A stretch of 56,316 bases of DNA from Thermoanaerobaculia bacterium (GTDB lineage: Bacteria > Acidobacteriota > Thermoanaerobaculia > UBA5066), in contig JBGQDL010000003.1 in assembly GCA_041495865.1 (NCBI GenBank), positions 1 through 56,316 on the forward strand, given 5' to 3'. Every line of letters begins with the position of its first letter. Positions within the stretch are counted from its first letter, which is position 1. The notes under the pieces were generated by a model that worked only from the letters and a program-made list of their open reading frames with translations, was not told where the DNA came from and searched no databases. Below, piece by piece: positions 53,895 through 56,316 of this stretch. The position numbers and the translations under genes are program-made.

Positions 53895-54512
53895 ATGTCG
53901 GAAGCCTTTTCGGGGCTGCGGTCCGCCCTCTCGAATCCTTGGATTTACCGGGGTTTCACTCGCCTCGTCGGCGGCGATCGTGCCTATCGCATATTTGTCT
54001 CGCAATACGCGCACCCCGTGGCCGGCGAACGCGTTCTCGACATCGGATGTGGCCCCGGCCATCTCTTGCCCTATTTTCCGGTTGTCGAGTATGTCGGCTT
54101 TGACGCCGACCCGGCATACATCGAGTCGGCCTGCAAGCACTATGGCAGTCGGGGGAGGTTCTTCTGCGCTGACATCGGAGCTCCCGCGTTTCGGGAGCCC
54201 GGACGTTTCGATCTGGCGGTCGCGTACGGCGTGATCCACCATCTCGACGACGGGCTGGCGTCCCGGCTGTTCCAGGAAGCCCATGGGCTCCTGAGGCCCG
54301 GTGGTCGTCTCGTCACCTGCGACGGCTGCTGGGCCCACGGCCAGTCACCGGTCGCCCGTTGGCTCCTCGCCAGGGACCGGGGGCACTACATTCGAACACT
54401 TCCGGAGCTTGTCGCCCTCGCCGGTCCTTTTTTTCCGAACGTCGAGAGCCAGGTCCGTCAAGATCTTCTCCGAATCCCTTACGCACACTGTCTCCTGACG
54501 TGCCGCGCCTGA
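53895..54512 (+). CDS. Class I SAM methyltransferase
   Basis: VLDIGCGPG, GVIHHLDD, LRPGG, DRGHYIR; visibly lower GC. Confidence 0.85.
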   Translation: MSEAFSGLRSALSNPWIYRGFTRLVGGDRAYRIFVSQYAHPVAGERVLDIGCGPGHLLPYFPVVEYVGFDADPAYIESACKHYGSRGRFFCADIGAPAFREPGRFDLAVAYGVIHHLDDGLASRLFQEAHGLLRPGGRLVTCDGCWAHGQSPVARWLLARDRGHYIRTLPELVALAGPFFPNVESQVRQDLLRIPYAHCLLTCRA

Positions 54513-54584
54513 GGCGTTGGCTCATGGCGGTGGCGTGGCATGAGGTTCGGACGCCGTGAGCGCGCCGGCGTAAGCTGGGGACGC

Positions 54585-54842
54585 ATGGCGGAATTCCGTC
54601 CGGCCGACACGTCCGGGGGCGCGTGGGAGCTCACCCGCGCGGTCCACGCGCGACTCGGGCCGGAAGGCCGTCTTCGGGCGGCCTTCGAGGCCTCGGAGTT
54701 CGTGCGATCCATCGCGCGCGAAGGCCTTCAGGCGCGGCATCCGGGCTATGACGACCTCCAGCTAGACCGCGCTCTCTTCCGGCAGATCTACGGTGAGGCG
54801 CTCTTCCGGAAGGTCTTCCCGGGCGTCGACGAAAGGCCGTGA
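54585..54842 (+). CDS. Small putative antitoxin-like partner of a nucleotidyltransferase
   Basis: DTS..A......RL.PEGRL...R......GLQARHP pattern; GTGA-coupled to the downstream NTase fragment. Confidence 0.6.
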   Translation: MAEFRPADTSGGAWELTRAVHARLGPEGRLRAAFEASEFVRSIAREGLQARHPGYDDLQLDRALFRQIYGEALFRKVFPGVDERP

Positions 54843-55036
54843 GCGCGCCGGCGGCGTTTCTCGAGGTGCTCGCCGAGAAGCTCCGCGAAGCGGGCGTGCC
54901 GTGGATGCTGACCGGCTCGGCGGCGTCGTCCTACTACGGCGAGCCGCGGGCTACGAACGACCTCGACCTCGACTACCTCCGCCGGCAGGCACGCGAGTTG
55001 CGCGTGGACGACCTTCTCGGGCTGCTGATGGGGTGA
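54839..55036 (+). pseudogene. Internally deleted DNA-pol-beta-superfamily nucleotidyltransferase
   Basis: TGSAASSYYGEPRATNDLD (GS...DxD) is joined directly to a C-terminal-type LDYLRRQARELRVDDLL; only 65 aa. Confidence 0.7.
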
Positions 55037-55122
55037 AGCGGAGCGCGCCGGCGTAAGCTAACCTCGGGAGGCCCGTTCCCGACGCTCCGCCCCTTCCCTC
55101 CGGCCGAGTTCGACCGCCTCGA

Positions 55123-55220
55123 ATGTCGAGCTTCCGGCCGCGGGTCGTTCAGGAGGCCGTTCCGCTTTATGAAGCGGCCTGAGGACGAGATCCTCCTCAG
55201 GGATATGGTCGATCACGGCC
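55123..55220 (+). pseudogene. Remnant of an MNT-HEPN (DUF86-like) toxin-antitoxin junction
   Basis: SFRPRVVQEAVPLYEAA* (ends 55182) overlaps MKRPEDEILLRDMVDH (starts 55169). Confidence 0.5.
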
Positions 55221-55234
55221 CATCCTCCGCTGAC

Positions 55235-56316
55235 CTACCGCCACCACCCGTTCACGTCGATCACGAGGTCGACCGTGCCCGCCGCGAGCCCGGACGTGAC
55301 GCTGATGGCTCCCGGGGGCGCGCCGAAGAGGCCGAGGATCGCGTTGTTCGCGCGCGTCGCGCCGTTGCGGAAGGTGAGGACATCGAGCACGGGTGCCGCC
55401 CCGGCCGGCCCGATGCGGAGCGAGCCGGCCGTCGTCGCGCCCGCGACGGTGACGTTCGCGGCCACGGCGACAGCGTCCGGCGGGACGCCGCAGCGGCCCG
55501 CGAACGCGAAATCGCGCGAGGCGCCCGGCTGAAGCGACGGCCCCCCCCAGGGCCCCGCCGGACCGCGCGTGTCGAGGACCCGGCACGGCGTGAGCGGCGT
55601 GAAGGAGGCGGGTTGAGACAGCGCGGGGCCGTCGATCCGCCGCACTTGCCCGCCGGCCCCGTACGTCGTGTAGTAGAGCGACTGGCCGACGGGCGAGGGC
55701 CCGAACGCGAGGTGCACCACGGTGAAGGCGCCGATACCCGTCGCGAAGTCGGTCGCCTTCGCCGGGGCCCCGGCGACGTTCAGCCTGACGATGGCTCCGC
55801 AACTGAAGTCCGAAAAGAGGTACGCGCCGTCGAACGAAGGCCAGAGGCCGGCCGGCACGAAGGCTCCTCCCGTGATCGACCCGCAGCCCGTCGCCGTCGT
55901 GAACGGAATCGAGCCGTGCGCGTAGTCGTACACCGGCTCGACGAGCGAGGGCGGCGTGGGGCTGCACTTTCCCGTCGTCAGGTTCGGGTGCGCGCCCTCG
56001 CGGCAGGGCCAGCCGTAATCGGCGCCGGCCTGGCCGATGTCCACCTCCTCGAACACGTCCTGGCCCACGTCGTTGATGAAAAGCACGCCGGTGCCCGGCT
56101 GGAACGCGAAGCGGAAGGGGTTTCTCAGGCCCCACGCAAACGCCTCCTGGCAGACCGTCCCCGGTGCGGCCGGGCCCGTGTTGCAGCGCGCCGTGCTCGC
56201 GCCCAGGAAGGGGTTATCCGGTGGGATCGAGCCGTCTTTCGCGATCCGTAGAAGTTTCCCGTTCAGGATGTTCCGGTCCCGCGAGGCGTCGTTCGCGCCG
56301 GCGCAGCCGCTGTCCC
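55235..56316 (-). CDS. Glucose/sorbosone (PQQ-dependent sugar) dehydrogenase-family protein with PCRxxDTR C-terminal domain; 5' part outside window
   Basis: GKLLRI..DGSIPPDNPF, GLRNPFRFAF, DVGQ...EEVD, YGWP.REG, SITGG; ends TPCRVLDTR...CGVP...VIDVNGWWR. Confidence 0.88.
   Translation of the reverse strand, partial: DSGCAGANDASRDRNILNGKLLRIAKDGSIPPDNPFLGASTARCNTGPAAPGTVCQEAFAWGLRNPFRFAFQPGTGVLFINDVGQDVFEEVDIGQAGADYGWPCREGAHPNLTTGKCSPTPPSLVEPVYDYAHGSIPFTTATGCGSITGGAFVPAGLWPSFDGAYLFSDFSCGAIVRLNVAGAPAKATDFATGIGAFTVVHLAFGPSPVGQSLYYTTYGAGGQVRRIDGPALSQPASFTPLTPCRVLDTRGPAGPWGGPSLQPGASRDFAFAGRCGVPPDAVAVAANVTVAGATTAGSLRIGPAGAAPVLDVLTFRNGATRANNAILGLFGAPPGAISVTSGLAAGTVDLVIDVNGWWR

Larger units (their letters stand above)
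54554..55059 (+). repeat. Three copies of gagcgcgccggcg framing a two-gene module
   Basis: ccgtgagcgcgccggcg at 54554 and 54837; gagcgcgccggcgtaagct at 54558 and 55041. Confidence 0.8.

Noticed and set aside
55221-56251. 360-aa plus-strand ORF from 55169
   Set aside because: Beyond the first ~17 codons it is the antisense of the dehydrogenase gene.

Overview
Very GC-rich bacterial chromosomal window from an LPS-producing diderm (lpxC present). Gene content resembles Acidobacteriota/Thermoanaerobaculia, but that assignment is an inference. Five blocks: (1) 1-8245, an accessory signalling island with two tandem TPR-CHAT caspase-like proteases, an ECF sigma factor, a zinc-binding membrane anti-sigma, and exported proteins preceded by a duplicated promoter/RBS/signal-peptide cassette; (2) 8249-28617, mostly housekeeping (nadE, formiminotransferase, M28 peptidase, ntrY/ntrX-like pair, lpxC, HD-GYP, smpB) with glycosylation genes inserted; (3) 28628-54512, a large surface-glycan locus (four of the window's five GT-C-like membrane proteins, GT2/GT4 enzymes, methyltransferases, wecD/wecE-like genes, wzm/wzt); (4) 33133-38858, nested in block 3, a run of secreted proteins all ending in the same ~125-aa 'PCRxxDTR...CGxP...DVxGY' domain, which occurs six times in the window including once stand-alone; (5) 54513-55234, decayed toxin-antitoxin remnants. 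The most promising candidates for an undescribed system are the shared C-terminal domain (possible surface-sorting or lattice module, maybe glycosylated by the neighbouring GT-Cs) and the CHAT protease/ECF sigma/anti-sigma module with a readable candidate promoter GRGATA-N16-CAC. No tRNA, rRNA, CRISPR array or transposase was seen. All calls come from reading the sequence; no searches were run.
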